A program made the translations under genes and the position numbers. From positions 192,070 to 256,069 of the forward strand of contig NMRA01000432.1 in assembly GCA_002633005.1 (NCBI GenBank): a stretch of 64,000 nt of DNA. Reading direction: 5' to 3'. This document shows positions 1 to 12,341 of this stretch, piece after piece. The stretch comes from Phoronis australis. Its lineage: Eukaryota; Animalia; Phoronida. Every line of letters begins with the position of its first letter. Positions within the stretch are counted from its first letter, which is position 1. The notes under the pieces are model-generated. The model was given only the letters and a program-made list of their open reading frames with translations, was not told where the DNA came from and ran no database searches.

Positions 1-77
1 ATTAAAATGGTAGTTTGAATTGAGCGATTGAGGAGGGTTTCTTTGTGTATGTTGTCATTGATATCGGTTCATTTCAG

Positions 78-175
78 ATTCAAGAGTTGAACCATGTGTC
101 AGTGCCAGTCATGTTGATGTCTGATGACTTTAAGGCTTACACAAAAGTTCGAGTTGACAACCACCTATTCAATAA
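78..175 (+). CDS. PIP4K2: PI5P 4-kinase type-2, internal exon ([33 protein letters not shown])
   Basis: ttcag/gtaag boundaries; peptide closely matches the PIP4K2 N-terminal motif [23 protein letters not shown]; ends in phase 2. Confidence 0.95.
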
Positions 176-1022
176 GTAAGTCAAAGCTGGTATAAATCGC
201 GTTTGTACAGACTTACGATTTGGGCCATTTAAACCAAAGTAAATCTTGCCTCAAAAAAAGTGTCTGGATTTGCATAGAATAGAAACTATACTTATTTAAA
301 ACCTGTCAAGAGTCCCACGATGTGTTTGAAAAGTGACACCATCGCTTCTAATTGCAGTGGAAATATGCTGCAGTGTTTCCCCAGTGTTTAAAAATCTGCG
401 TGACTCACCACGCTCCTGTTGTATTCCACCTCTCATATTCTTGCTCAAATTGACTACTGCACATCTAATCCTGATGGGAAAACTTCCCCAGCAGGCAAAA
501 ATTGTTAGTGAAGATATGCAATATACTCTCCATGTCTGTGGATCGAACTGGAAAAACACTAATGTAAATCAGACTTTGAATCATTTTATGTCTTTCTTGC
601 GTTTGCTAAATGACTGACATTTGGCACTTCTTGGTTATCCGACAATGTACAGCAATTGAATACAGTTTGGAACCAGGCAATGACCTCGACATTAGTTTTC
701 CTAAATGACAAAGTGCCAATGAACACAGAATTAAAATAGGTGGAGAAACACTAAGTTTTACAAAAGAGGTCGTGCAACGATGTGCATTATATTGCACGAA
801 ATAGTCAATAGTTTAATTGAGCGTTTTTCACATGTTTTGAAAGGAGCGTGTCGGTGAATTGTCCTAGTATGATGCAAAGTCCATTTCGGCATGCACGTAT
901 GGGAAATGTGGATCTCCCCCATTACCTGGGCTTTGAAAGGAGTCTGCCGGTGAATGGTAGCAGTGAATGCGGAGCCCGGCACTGCAGTGAAGTGTCATTG
1001 TGTGTCATGTCTGTATCATTAA

Positions 1023-2750
1023 AGTTGCGTTAAGAAGCGGGACACACCAGGACAGGGCTTCAGGCTACTCATTGAAATTGAATTATTTGGCTGTATGCAC
1101 TTATAGGAATAGACTAACACTGGTCTTAGTTTAATTTTGCTGTTCTGTTTGTTCATGAGCAGCTGGCACTTGATTGAGGTGACCCATTTGGTCAGGAGAG
1201 TGATGATGTAATTTGTTTATGACAGAATAGTTGGGAACATTCTAGAAGATTTTTATATGTTTGTGATCGATGTAGTTCTAGAGCCTAGTATATGTTTGTA
1301 GAACGATTGGGTAGTTTCCAGAAAGTTCCAGAACAATATAACAGACTGTGAATACCCAGGTACGGGTTGGTGAGTCAGTTGGAGCTAGAGTTGAAGTTGG
1401 AGTTGAAAGACAAAGTCTGTTAAAGTTACAGTTGAGTTGCAGTGAAGAGAATCAGCAGTTACAACGATAGTGAATAGAGAGCCAGCTATAGAGACAGCAG
1501 GTTATTGAATTAACGAGTGTAACAGTTGCTGGAAGTGTCTCAGAAGTTCATCACAAGTCAAGGCTTCTCAGCACTGGCTGGAGCATAGAACAGACATTAC
1601 ATCCAATGTTTTGTTTGAGTAGACTTGTGAACATACGGTCGAGATTAATAAAGTGATTTACTTGAAACAGTTTTCATTCTGTCATCGCACCGAAATATTA
1701 GCACCGGTCGGGACTCAGTAACAACCTGCGCCCACCCATACACGGGGAAAGACGTGACAGGGATAAAACGAAAAGTTATTTGAACCTGTTTAGACCTGAT
1801 TAATTAACTTATATAATGAAACTTCTGTTACTATTGTTTATTATATTCTTGCTCAACGTAAATCAGTTGAATGGGTGTTACCCAGAACAGCAGACGATAT
1901 AGTCATCCATTCCATGCAGACAACTAGGTCTACTGAGATAACTGGACTGGTTTATGGTTCATAAAACTATTGACTATTTCATGCAATATGATTCACATTG
2001 TTGTACGACCTCTTTTGTAAATGTGGACAAAATAAAACTAATAGAATTTACCATTTCTCCACCCATTTCCCCAGTGTTCACTGGCGCTTTACCATTTTAG
2101 TAAAACTAATGTTAAGGTCATTACCTGGTCCCTGACTATTCAGTTTATGTGTACTGTCTGATAACCAGACACTACTGACTGTCCGCTAGTTCTCTAAATG
2201 AATTCGAAGAAGGAAGGCGATAAAATGATTATGTTTAACAAGGAGAAAAGTTCAAAATCAGATTTTAAATTGTTTTCTCCATTCAATCCATGAATATCGA
2301 CAGTAGCTATGTAGCTTGTGTATTGCATAGTCCATAAGTTTTCCTGTCAAGATTAGGTGAGTGGTGGTCAATTTGGGCAAAATTACAAGTGGCGGGGCCA
2401 CAGAGGAGCATGGCGGGGCCACAGAGGAGCATGGCGGGCCTTCCAGATTTTTACACGCAGGGGAAACACCGATTTAATGAACCATAGACCATTCTAATTA
2501 TCTTAGTTGTCGTTTGCATGAAATGGGTGAATAAACGGTGTGCAATGCCGACTTACACCGATCCAACTGATTTACGTTTGAGCAAGAGTACAGTAAACGA
2601 TATTAAGAGAAGTTTCATTATGCAAGTTAGTTAATCAAGTCTAAACAGGTTCAGATATTTTTTCATTCTATGCACATGCACAGAGCCAGAGAATTTCAAT
2701 TTCAATTGTAGTTTGAAGCCCTGCCTTGTGTCTGCTTCATAATGCAACTT
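1023..2750. mobile_element. Old inverted-repeat DNA element with interrupted left arm
   Basis: 1023-1100 plus 1760-1880 are the diverged reverse complement of ~2555-2750 (e.g. tgaacctgtttagac/gtctaaacaggttca; cagggcttca/tgaagccctg). Confidence 0.65.
1101..1759 (+). mobile_element. Solo-LTR-like insertion
   Basis: Interrupts the left arm of the host element; TATA-like atataa ~1336, AATAAA ~1647, ends ...TGACA; 5' TG end and TSD not clear. Confidence 0.55.
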
Positions 2751-2940
2751 AGTTGGTGACTAAAATACATTAGAATGATACAAAACTCTTCACACACTGA
2801 GATCACAAAATGACGCTTCATTGCGGCGTCAGGCTCCACATCCTCTGTGACCATTCACCATCATGCTGCTTTCGAAACCCAGAGGCAATACTGCCCTGAA
2901 TTTACATGTTCACAGTTGTAAATAAATGTTGTGATTGTAG

Positions 2941-3037
2941 GGAGAACATGCCGAGCCACTTCAAAGTCAAGGAGTACTGCCCTCTGGTGTTCAGAAATCT
3001 TAGAGAACGGTTTGGTGTGGATGAGAATGAATTCATG
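2941..3037 (+). CDS. PIP4K2: PIP4K2 exon ([32 protein letters not shown])
   Basis: tgtag/gtaag boundaries, phase continues from previous exon, [18 protein letters not shown] motif. Confidence 0.95.
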
Positions 3038-3152
3038 GTAAGTCTGATGTGTTAGTGAGGTCCTATCTACCTGCAGTCATCTACAATTCGTCGGCTGTGT
3101 AAAAGCCCTGTCTGCTTGCAGTAAAAGCTCACTTGCGAGTTTCCAGTTATGC

Positions 3153-3841
3153 GATGTGACGTCACTGGAAGTAGGGCAAAACCTGCCATATTGCCCTTGT
3201 TTTGCCCCGAGTGTTTGTTACACACACTAAATCTTACTGGAGTTCTTATGGGCAATTATAAGCCTTAAATATTAACACAACTTAAGAGGTGGTAGATGGA
3301 TTGTGGAATAACTGAATGGACGAAGAAAATGTAAGCTTGTGTTGTGCGAAGCTGTGAACGGACTGAAATTGGAACTCGACCAGGACTAGGCCTGAATGCC
3401 GCAGGCATACAGGGCAGCAATAGTATATCCCCATAAAAAGTTACTCATTTCAACATACAGCAAGGAGTTGGAATTCTTCTCCAAAGTCGGCTTAAAGCTC
3501 GTAGCTATGCTTCATCGAAGATATGTATAGAAGCAGGAAGGACCACTGAAGAAAGTAAGCACTTTTTTAAGTGATAGTTTTAAGTGTAGAATGTATTTTT
3601 GACGAGGGAGCAGATTTCGCTTACCGCCCATTTGAAATACGGGGGACGAAATTAGTACTGAATGTGATGGGACGTATTGTAGTGCGAATCTGAATTACAT
3701 TTCCCATAACAGCAATGCTTGTTTGGCATTTTTCACACTTAGATTAAAATCTCGAAGTAAACTGAACAGAATACACTCGGCTACCTTATCGGGCAAATGG
3801 TCGAAGGACAAGCTTTTACCCTACTTCCGGTGACGTCACAG
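3153..3841. repeat. Inverted repeat pair, likely arms of a non-autonomous DNA transposon
   Basis: tgtgacgtcactggaagtagggcaaaa versus ttttaccctacttccggtgacgtcaca; true termini not resolved. Confidence 0.5.
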
Positions 3842-4303
3842 TTAAGTCTCACAGAATCTTGCGTTATCGTTATTAACTCACAAAAGGGCTATTGACACGT
3901 GGTCTAAAACTGAGGTGTTTGTTGTGCTCTGCTGTCGGGCGTTTATACTGTTGTTTTTAAGAAATGTGAAATGTCATCAGAATTTTCAGTATCTTTGTTA
4001 GAGTTATGTCAGGAAACTAAGCAAAAATCAATAAGTCAATTTGAAAACATCCACAAACTTGTACTTTGAAATTTTGTTGATTTTGGATGAGAACTGAACC
4101 TGTTTTTGAAACTGGAAACAAACGGGCACACTTAGGTAATTTATTGGGGACATTTACAAAAAATGCGGTAATGCTACAAGGCCGCGCCGTGATGCGTTGT
4201 CTTCCCAGTTAAATGCTTGTATGTTCCTGTTAAAGAATCTTGGCGACACTTAAGCTTTTGGTTGCTTTGTCATACTTTTAAAGAAGCGAAAAGCAATAAC
4301 TAA

Positions 4304-5110
4304 GGGCTGTTCCAGTAAAATCCGTGTGTGGGGGGGACGGCAGTAGAAATAAATATTCATGGGTGGTGGTCTTCAGGAAAGAACTCAAATTATGGGTGGT
4401 CGTTCCTGTAAAAAATGATGCATTAAAAATGGGTGGTATTTTTTGACCTTTTAATGTTGACAGGTTGGTTACTTCAGCCATCAAAACACAAAAAATGCAA
4501 TTGGGATAAATCCAAACTTATCCCAATACAAAAAAGCCCATATTGCCAGTGAACAGAGTGCAATATGTTCACTAAGCCGTTAATCAAATCATGGGCAACT
4601 TGTCAATGTTTGTCTGCAGTCCTATTGAATTGAAAAGTTATGCAACACTAAACTGGTGTTAACACATATAAGAAAATTGATGATTTTTAAATAAAAAGTA
4701 TGAGGAGTAAGATAAACAAGTTCCAATATTTACTTGACACAAAAGTATAAAAGAGTTCGTGGAGACAGTTTGAGATTCATAGATCCTTATAATTGAAAAA
4801 ATGTTCATTGAAATTATAGACACATGGTGAACAGAGACACGTGGTGGCTGCCAAAAGTATTGCTCACAGGCTACTTTAGTTTTTGACAATATTGGACAAG
4901 ACAACTAGTTCTTGTCTGTCAATCATCTAAGTTCTTAACAGGTCCTCCTGGAGGCAGTTTGTTTGCAAATGTTGGATTTTATATTTTAACCTACTAAAAA
5001 TAATTAAAAAATTATGGGTCATGGGTTGGAGAAGTAAATGAAAAATATGGGCGGTGGGTACGAAATAAAAGAGCCTTCCCCCTCCCATACAGATTTTGCT
5101 GGAACAGCCC
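4304..5110. mobile_element. PIF/Harbinger (Tourist-like) MITE
   Basis: TIR gggctgttccagtaaaatcc / agattttgctggaacagccc flanked by 3-bp TAA on both sides. Confidence 0.8.
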
Positions 5111-5273
5111 TAAGTCACTTTAGTGTACATCTCCTGATGTTAAATGCGTGAGCTAGCAAGCCTCAGTGTCACCCCTGTCACTTCTCCCTTATGCATTTAT
5201 TTTGTGTACTTATGAACGTGACCATCATTGTGGAAGGGTCTTTAAAGGTATCTGTTCTTTGGATGTGTCACAG

Positions 5274-5426
5274 AATTCGCTGATCAAGTCTCAGCCTACC
5301 AACACGGATTCTCCAGGTCGCAGTGGTGCCCGGTTCCTCGTCTCCTACGATCAACGCTATGTGATAAAGACGTGTACGAGTGAGGAGGTGGAACAGATGC
5401 ACGCCATTCTCAAGCCATACCACGAG
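5274..5426 (+). CDS. PIP4K2: PIP4K2 exon (NSLIKSQP...GRSGARFLVSYDQRYVIKT...HE)
   Basis: cag/gtaag boundaries, 153 nt, PIPK G-loop GRSGARF and YVIKT catalytic lysine. Confidence 0.95.
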
Positions 5427-5711
5427 GTAAGCCTACTGTCCATGGTGTTGGCCATTCTTTGCCCCGTTTCACTCAGATGGTTGTTTTAGACCTGATTTGT
5501 AAATTTCCTTAATTTATGTGCATTTTACAAAGTCTAGCGGAAAATCAGTGGACCTTCAGCTCGGCTTTGTTTGTCTGATGCATTAACTACCCAATGGCTA
5601 AATGCTTTTTATAGGCAGGAGCATTACTTCGCTACTACCTCTTCTACTGCCACCTAGCAGACTTTGAATATCTCACTACAGATGGTGGCTAATTAGGTTA
5701 GCTTTTTTCAG

Positions 5712-5858
5712 CACATTGTCGAGCGGCACGCCGTCACCCTGTTGCCCCAGTACATGGCTATGTACCGTTATACAGTCAACGATACTGAGTCTTACATGAT
5801 CATCATGAGGAACGTATTCAGCAAAAAATACAAAATACACAAGAAGTATGACTTGAAG
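5712..5858 (+). CDS. PIP4K2: PIP4K2 exon (HIVERHAVTLLPQY...MRNVFSKKYKIHKKYDLK)
   Basis: ttttcag/gtaag boundaries, 147 nt, TLLPQY and KYDLK motifs. Confidence 0.95.
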
Positions 5859-6002
5859 GTAAGTGTGTCCTGTCACAACTGCCAGATTCTCCATTAAGTA
5901 TGACTTGAAGGTAAGTGTGTCCTGTCACAACTGCCAGATTCTCTATTAAGTATGACTTGAAGGTAAGTGTGTCCTGTCACAACTGCCAGATTCTCCATTA
6001 AG
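5844..6002 (+). repeat. 52-bp tandem repeat x3 containing the exon end and 5' splice site
   Basis: aagtatgacttgaag|gtaagtgtgtcctgtcacaactgccagattctccatt at 5844, 5896, 5948. Confidence 0.95.
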
Positions 6003-6313
6003 CTATTTAGGCTTTAGCTTAGCATTCCACAAAAGCCCTAGGCTCCGTCTTCCTTCTCTTTCCAGAACTTGAAACTATGTCTGACAAGTTGATGGAAATA
6101 TCGGGGAAATTGTGCCAAGTGGGGAATTGTGACTGCTTTGGTTACCAGTTTTATGATAACATAAAGTTTCTAATTTGCTGTGTTTGATTTGTGTGGATGA
6201 GTGTTGATGAACACGCTGCTCACATGTGTTTGTGACTGGAAGATCTGTTTGAAACCAGCCCCATTCTGAATGGGTGTCTTTGTTGATTCAGTGATTCTGT
6301 TGTTGTCCACCAG

Positions 6314-6466
6314 GGGTCAACTGTGGCGCGTGCAGCGAGTGACAAGGAGAGGGCCAAGGACCTGCCCACATACAAAGACAATGACTTCCTCAATGACAGT
6401 ATGGTGATCAGTATTGGTGAGGAACAAAAGGCAAAGGTCATGAAAACGCTTGAGGCAGACGTTGAG
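6314..6466 (+). CDS. PIP4K2: PIP4K2 exon (GSTVARAASDKERAKDLPTYKDNDF...ADVE)
   Basis: cag/gtaag boundaries, 153 nt, completes the DLKGS motif; LPTxKDNDF. Confidence 0.95.
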
Positions 6467-6759
6467 GTAAGGTCAGAGGCTGAGGTTGTAAATGGGAGTT
6501 GGGGTGCAGTTTGTATTTCCTGGTTTTAATGATCATCATGGAAAATGATATTCTATCCTGAGAAATGGTAACGGTGTGAGTAGGAGCCATGTTTGGTCTC
6601 ACCCATCACCAATACACATTTATATTGTCACACTAAGTATATAATGAAGTAGTCATTACAAGCCGTTTATCTAACCCAATACGCGTTCGTTTTCATATCC
6701 AGTCTTTTGTACAACCTGGTACGTAGACGATCAAGTACATTTGTGGGCTCTTATTGCAG

Positions 6760-7015
6760 TGGTTGAACAAGATGAATCTGATGGACTACAGCCTTCTGGT
6801 GGGGATCCATGACTGTGACCAGGCTGTGGACGATGCAGAGGAGGAGTTGGATGGCGAAGGGGAGGAGAACGGGCTGGAGAGCGATGACTCTATGGGGGGT
6901 GGTGCCACAGGTCATGTGCCGACACCGCCTGATAGTCCTGCTGGTCTGCAGGACAGCTTCGACGCTGGCATGCTGAACCCGGATGATGACCTGTTTGCCA
7001 TACCGTCACCACCGA
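6760..7015 (+). CDS. PIP4K2: PIP4K2 exon (WLNKMNLMDYSLLVGIHD plus acidic insert)
   Basis: tgcag/gtatg boundaries, MDYSLLVGIH catalytic motif, ends in phase 1. Confidence 0.95.
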
Positions 7016-7681
7016 GTATGTGATTTAAGTGATTAACGTGTGGTTTAAAAAGATACCAAATTGTGTTGAAGCCTGTTGCCAAATATTCATTATGACTAGA
7101 AATAATCATTTTGTATGCTTGTCCACACTCACAGGTTTGGAGCACGTTTGAAGGTTCCTTTCATATTGACAATCATGAGTAATGGTTTGGGATAGTTAAC
7201 ACACTCTGTCAGTGTTATTTTGGTAATATGGCTATTACCTTGAGACATCCCACTTTACACAGTGGTGTCGATGGTTTTGACTTAATACTGTGACGTGTCT
7301 TATAAAGTTGAGTCATAAAATAAGGTAACTAAACCCCTTTTGGTTTTCTGTGGTTATAGTGTGATCCAAATGGATTTCTTTTTCCTTCAAGTTGGCCGTT
7401 TTTGACCAGTCAAAGCAGCACTCATAATCTTGGCAGTTTTAGTTTTCCTTGTATCCTGACTATCTACCGTGTTTCTTGATGAATCTTCATGAGCTTTGTT
7501 TCTATTAGTGCAAGGATAAGGCCTACCTACTTTTCTACGGTTCTTACCTGTGTTTTGCCCCTTCTGTCTGTTTTAATGTTGCCGTGTCATTTTTGTGTCC
7601 GACTCTCTATTTGCCAATCCTCTTGAGGATTGTCATGAAATTGACAAATGAGTTTGCTTTGAAGGTTGCTTGGCTGGTATC

Positions 7682-8475
7682 ATTTTTATGCACCCACATA
7701 TTTATATGTGGAAGCATTATGTCCTCATCCCCATCTGTTCGTCCGGCGTCCGCTGCTCTATCTCCAAAACCCTTTGACGTATGTTCATGAAATTTGCATG
7801 TGCTCCTTTCATGTATGGGACGACATGAGCAAACTTTCGGAGGGATCTGACTACCGGTGTGCCCCCTAGTAGCAATTTTAGTTTTTATGTTCATCTCTGT
7901 ATCTTCAAAGGTCCTCAACGGATTTTCATAAAATTTGGCATATAGGCGAGATGACTGATGGATTTGAGGTATTTTGTGCCACCTAGTGGCCATTTTTACT
8001 GGTTTTTAGTGCGTTTTGGCATCTGCCCACTATCAACCAAACCGCTCTAAGGATGATTGTGAAAATATATATTCTTGCTATATGTTCTTACTATGAAGAG
8101 GATGGCTAGCGATGGTTTTCCGATGTCTTCGAATTCTGTGGTGCCTCCTAGTGGCAGTTTTGTTTTTTTTTTGCGCCCATGGCTGTATCTTCTAAACTCT
8201 TTACTAAACTTAGCAAGTGTATTTATATGAAGTTGACAACAGACGACAATGACTTTTGGACGGATTTGACTACCGGTGTACCCCCTAGTGGCAATTTTAG
8301 TTTGTTATGCTTACCTCTGTATCTCAAAGGTCTTCAACTGATTTTCATAAAAATTTGATATATGCATTGGTGAGATGATGTTAACCTCTCGTTTTCTGAC
8401 AGGTTCAAGGTATTTTGCGCCACCTAGTGGGCATTTTTGCTGTTATTGAGTCTGTTTTTTGGCGTCCGTCCTTCT
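7682..8475 (+). repeat. Interspersed repeat with ~140-bp internal subunits (continues at 11639-~12470 after the Academ insertion; related copy at ~62330-62615)
   Basis: Recurrent gccncctagtggca and ttttcataaaatttgg blocks; sequence after 11639 resumes the unit seen at ~8020-8340. Confidence 0.7.
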
Positions 8476-11400
8476 TAGTCGGTGGGCCAGATCTCATAGC
8501 GTTCATCCTTGTGAGTACTTTGGGGGGGCAACCTAGTTTTTTGTATGTGGCTAGATAATATACCTATAAATCAAATTCCAAAAAGTTCCCACGTCTACAC
8601 TTGCACATTTTTTTTAAAAAAGGTGTTTTTGCTGCACAAAATATGATGTACATTCCTGCCACTTGGTGGCGCTTTTCTATTGAATTGACCAATCAGAGAG
8701 CCAGATTGTATTGTTGTGCTTAGTTACTTCAATATGGCTGCTCCCATGGAGTGTGATGCCTGTATAATTCAAGGTTTATCAAACAGCACAAAATTGTGAT
8801 GTCAGAGCCTAAAGAAGCTTAGGAAAGCTTCCTGACGAAAGCTGATGGACTGTGGAACTCTGTAGATCAGTAGATCAAAAAGAAGAAGAGGTGTCACAAA
8901 CGTTTGTGCAGAAAACAGCTGCATGTCCTGGTAGCCTACACAGTATACTGCTGAGTGCTGTAGACTAGAAGACCAAGTGTCAGACCAAAAAATTGAAAGG
9001 ACATAGAACGGCATAGCAACGTTTCAAGGCACCAACAGTAGTACTAAAGCTGAAGTTGCTGAAAGTGATACAGATGTTATCCAAGATTTCCCAAGAAAAT
9101 CAATCACTTCCAAAATCTGAAACACCCAATTAACCTGAACAAGATAGGAACATTCTGAAACATGAGTGCATCATTTGTTAGCAGGAAAAGTATATTATGG
9201 ACCATATTTCAAGAAAGAGCAAGAAGTATAGCTTTCAAATACAGGTACGTGTTTTTGAAAGGTACATCTTGGTGTTTTCCAGGTGTGTTTCAGTATTATC
9301 ACCAGTTGTTTTTTTTTTAACTTGTTCAGCCCCTTGGCTGCCTAGGCCTTAGAAAATACCGCTGACCCAGTAGAGACGGTGATCATACCAAAGGTACTCC
9401 ATATGCCGGATGCTTTTCGACAAATTATGTTCCTATAAGTTTAGAAGTACCGCGTAGAGAGTTGCCTCTGAGGAGGTCGTTAACAAATACTCCTGCAATC
9501 CTATTTTTCGAACACTCCATTGTTCAGTTCCCACATCGACACTGCTTGCGCTAAGGGATAATCATATGACGTTATACTGTGGGTGTGATTTTAAAGCACT
9601 TTGAGTCAAAAATTTTTGAGAAGGTTAAATGGAGTAGATGGTTGCAAACAACATTCCCAAGTGGCCGTCATCCCCTACCGTAGTCCTGGGATAGGGGGAA
9701 CCTCTTCTCAATTTTCTGTAAACATTAATTACTTAGGTAGCTGCAATGATAATTAAATTAAAGTGCCTAAGTGGTCATAGTCGCTGTCGTTATTTGAGGA
9801 CGATGGAAGCCACTGTCCATTTCGTCAAACGTCGATTACTTTAAGTGTAAATCGATTGACTATGGTTTGAGCATCTGATTTAAAAAAAATAAATTTCAAT
9901 CACTGCACTGGTATATCAGCTGATTTATTTTCAGTTGCATCTACTAATCTAATTATTAGATGATCAACATTTTTAGGCAACAGATCAGACGGCATGCAAA
10001 TTTGTTAGGCTGGTGGTGGATCAGTTCCTGATAAGTCCGTCTGAAAAAGTTGCATGCCAACTCACTCATAGTTGAATGTTAAGTTAGTGTTAACAGTTCA
10101 GGTTTTTTTTTCAGTTGGACTTGTATCGCAAGCAACAGCTCAGTCCAGAGCCCTGAATATGCAAATGAAATTCAAAGATAAAGACCTTGTGTCTTAGAAG
10201 CCAAGTACCACAGATCATCATGCTATAAAAAATAGAAAGACAAAGATTATGAAGAGTGACGAATCCACAGTTTTCAGAGATGTTTTTCTACAGTTTTGTT
10301 TGGAGTTCATTGAATCAAAGCTTCTAGCACATGGAGATGTCATTTGCCTTTCAAAACTAAAGCAAGACTTTGAAGCTGTTCTTCAGAAAGCTGGTGTGCA
10401 TGAAGTTATTTGGACAGGCAATCTTAAGAAATATTGTTGAAGCTACTCACTGTTGTAGTTTGTGCCCGACTAAGAGATATGAAATTGAATTGAGGCTAGT
10501 GTTCAATAGTTCACTTGCTGACTCTAATTAACACAGGCCATTATAACATATTTTGAATCAAACGTTTGCCCAAATCCTGCCCGCCTCCAAACAAGGACTT
10601 AGTGTTTGACCCTTCATTGCCTGCGGGCCAATCACCAGTGTGCAATGCTGTACCCTCTCTAATCGACCATAGTTGGCTCCTTGGCGGTGGAGCTTTGCAG
10701 CTAAAATGTATGACAATGCCTGCATCTCCATTGACAGTACTAAACGATGAACGCTGCAAGTGCATAAAGAACATGTGTGCTGGGAAACTGAGTTTGTGCT
10801 GCAATGCTGGGTCAAACTGTGCAGAAATGTGCAGCTGTGACAACTGTAGTAACATCAGCAACACTGACTGCAGAACATTGGATAGTTCTTTGACAAGTCT
10901 ACCCTAAATAGACTTCCAACCTCGTTATTTCGTTTTTTTGTATTAAAAAGTTAATTTTATTTGTTGATTAAGTCACAGAAAGTACATACTTTGATCATTG
11001 TCATGTATTTGTCTCATACTGCTTGATAAACGCTGTCAGAATAATCTATTAATTTCATACAGTCTGTGTGCACATTCACAGAGATCATTCCACTATATTG
11101 TATTTGTACTATAACGTATTTCTGGCGTATTATGCAAACAAGCTGTATTTTACACCATTAGTCAATGTTTTAGTCATTGAGGCACAAATTTTGCCCAGTC
11201 TCAAGTGTTTTGTGCTATTTTTGTTGCCAGACAATGCCAGTATAACTTCCTAGTAACACCCAGACTTAGTTTGCATTTTTGCCACTAGGTGTCTCTTTAC
11301 ATTTTTTAAATTTCACTGTTTGCAATTAATGTACAATAGTAAAACATGTAATGTTAGTGTAATATTGTTCAATACAATGGCACTGATGGGACCATATTAC

Positions 11401-11638
11401 TTGTTTTACAAAAAAGTCACCAAAACTGTTGTTTTTACAAATATAAGTTTACTAAGCTCTTTGGTGATTATTAGGTAACTTCAAACTCAAATTTCTCAAA
11501 AATGTGCAACTTTATATGTGGGAACTTTTTAGAAACACTCTGATAAATGAATTAAAAAACACCAAAATAAAATTGCCCCCCTAAAGTACTCACAAAAACC
11601 ATTTTCTAGAGGACCTACAAATTCTGGCCCACCGACTA
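8476..11638 (+). mobile_element. Internally deleted Academ-type DNA transposon
   Basis: TIR tagtcggtgggccaga / tctggcccaccgacta with ~150 bp of imperfect extension, 3-bp TSD TCT, degenerate transposase fragments inside. Confidence 0.8.
10115..10907 (+). pseudogene. Frameshifted Academ-type transposase fragments
   Basis: LEAKYHRSSCY at ~10195; LPP...LHCLRANHQC at ~10578-10640; C-terminal CKC...CCNAGSNCAEMCSCDNCSN cysteine-rich (CXC-like) motif. Confidence 0.7.
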
Positions 11639-11979
11639 TCTTTCATCCAAACCATTCTAAGGATAATTTAAAAAATTGGCCTATATGTTCTCATTGTGAA
11701 GAGAACTGGTGACAATGACGACTTCGACTTCTATTTTGCCTCCTAGTGGCATTTTTGTTTTGCGCTCATAGCTGTATCTCCTGAACCCACTGCAGGATCT
11801 TATTGTATTTAGTAAGTGTATTTATATGGAGCTAACAACAGATGATACTGACTTTCAGATGGATCCGACAAACGCTGTGTCCCCTAGTGGAAATTTCATT
11901 TCTTTCCATTTGCCTAAATGTTTTTCAGAAGTTCCTTGACAGATTTTTATGAAATTTAGTAAATAGCTTTCGCAAGTTA

Positions 11980-12341
11980 CCTAAACTACAGGGTTTACGG
12001 ACTTCTAAACAGGGTCACGGATGCAAAAACACAACTCACAACACTGTTCACTGACTCACATACACGGGATCGAACTCACAAAACACGATCCATTCACCCA
12101 AAATACATTGTCACGCACTCACAGTCACGGAGAAATACGTTTAACAGACCGCCAAACCTGCTAAGCCGTGTTTCTTCGTGACTGTGAGTCCGTGACCATG
12201 TATTTTGGATGAATGGATCGTGTTTTTTGAGTCCGATCCTGTGTATGTGAGTCAGTGAACAGTGTTTGCAGGTACGTAAGTCGTGTTTTTGCGTCCATGA
12301 CCATCTTTAGGAGTCCGTTAACCAATGGTATGTAGTTTAGG
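11980..12341. mobile_element. Foldback (hairpin) MITE
   Basis: ~165-bp arms in inverted orientation around a short loop near 12150. Confidence 0.8.

Noticed and set aside
371-2471. cagtgtttcccc / ggggaaacac as one TIR pair
   Set aside because: Several competing partial partners (~550, ~750), no TSD, and it would cross the boundary of another element
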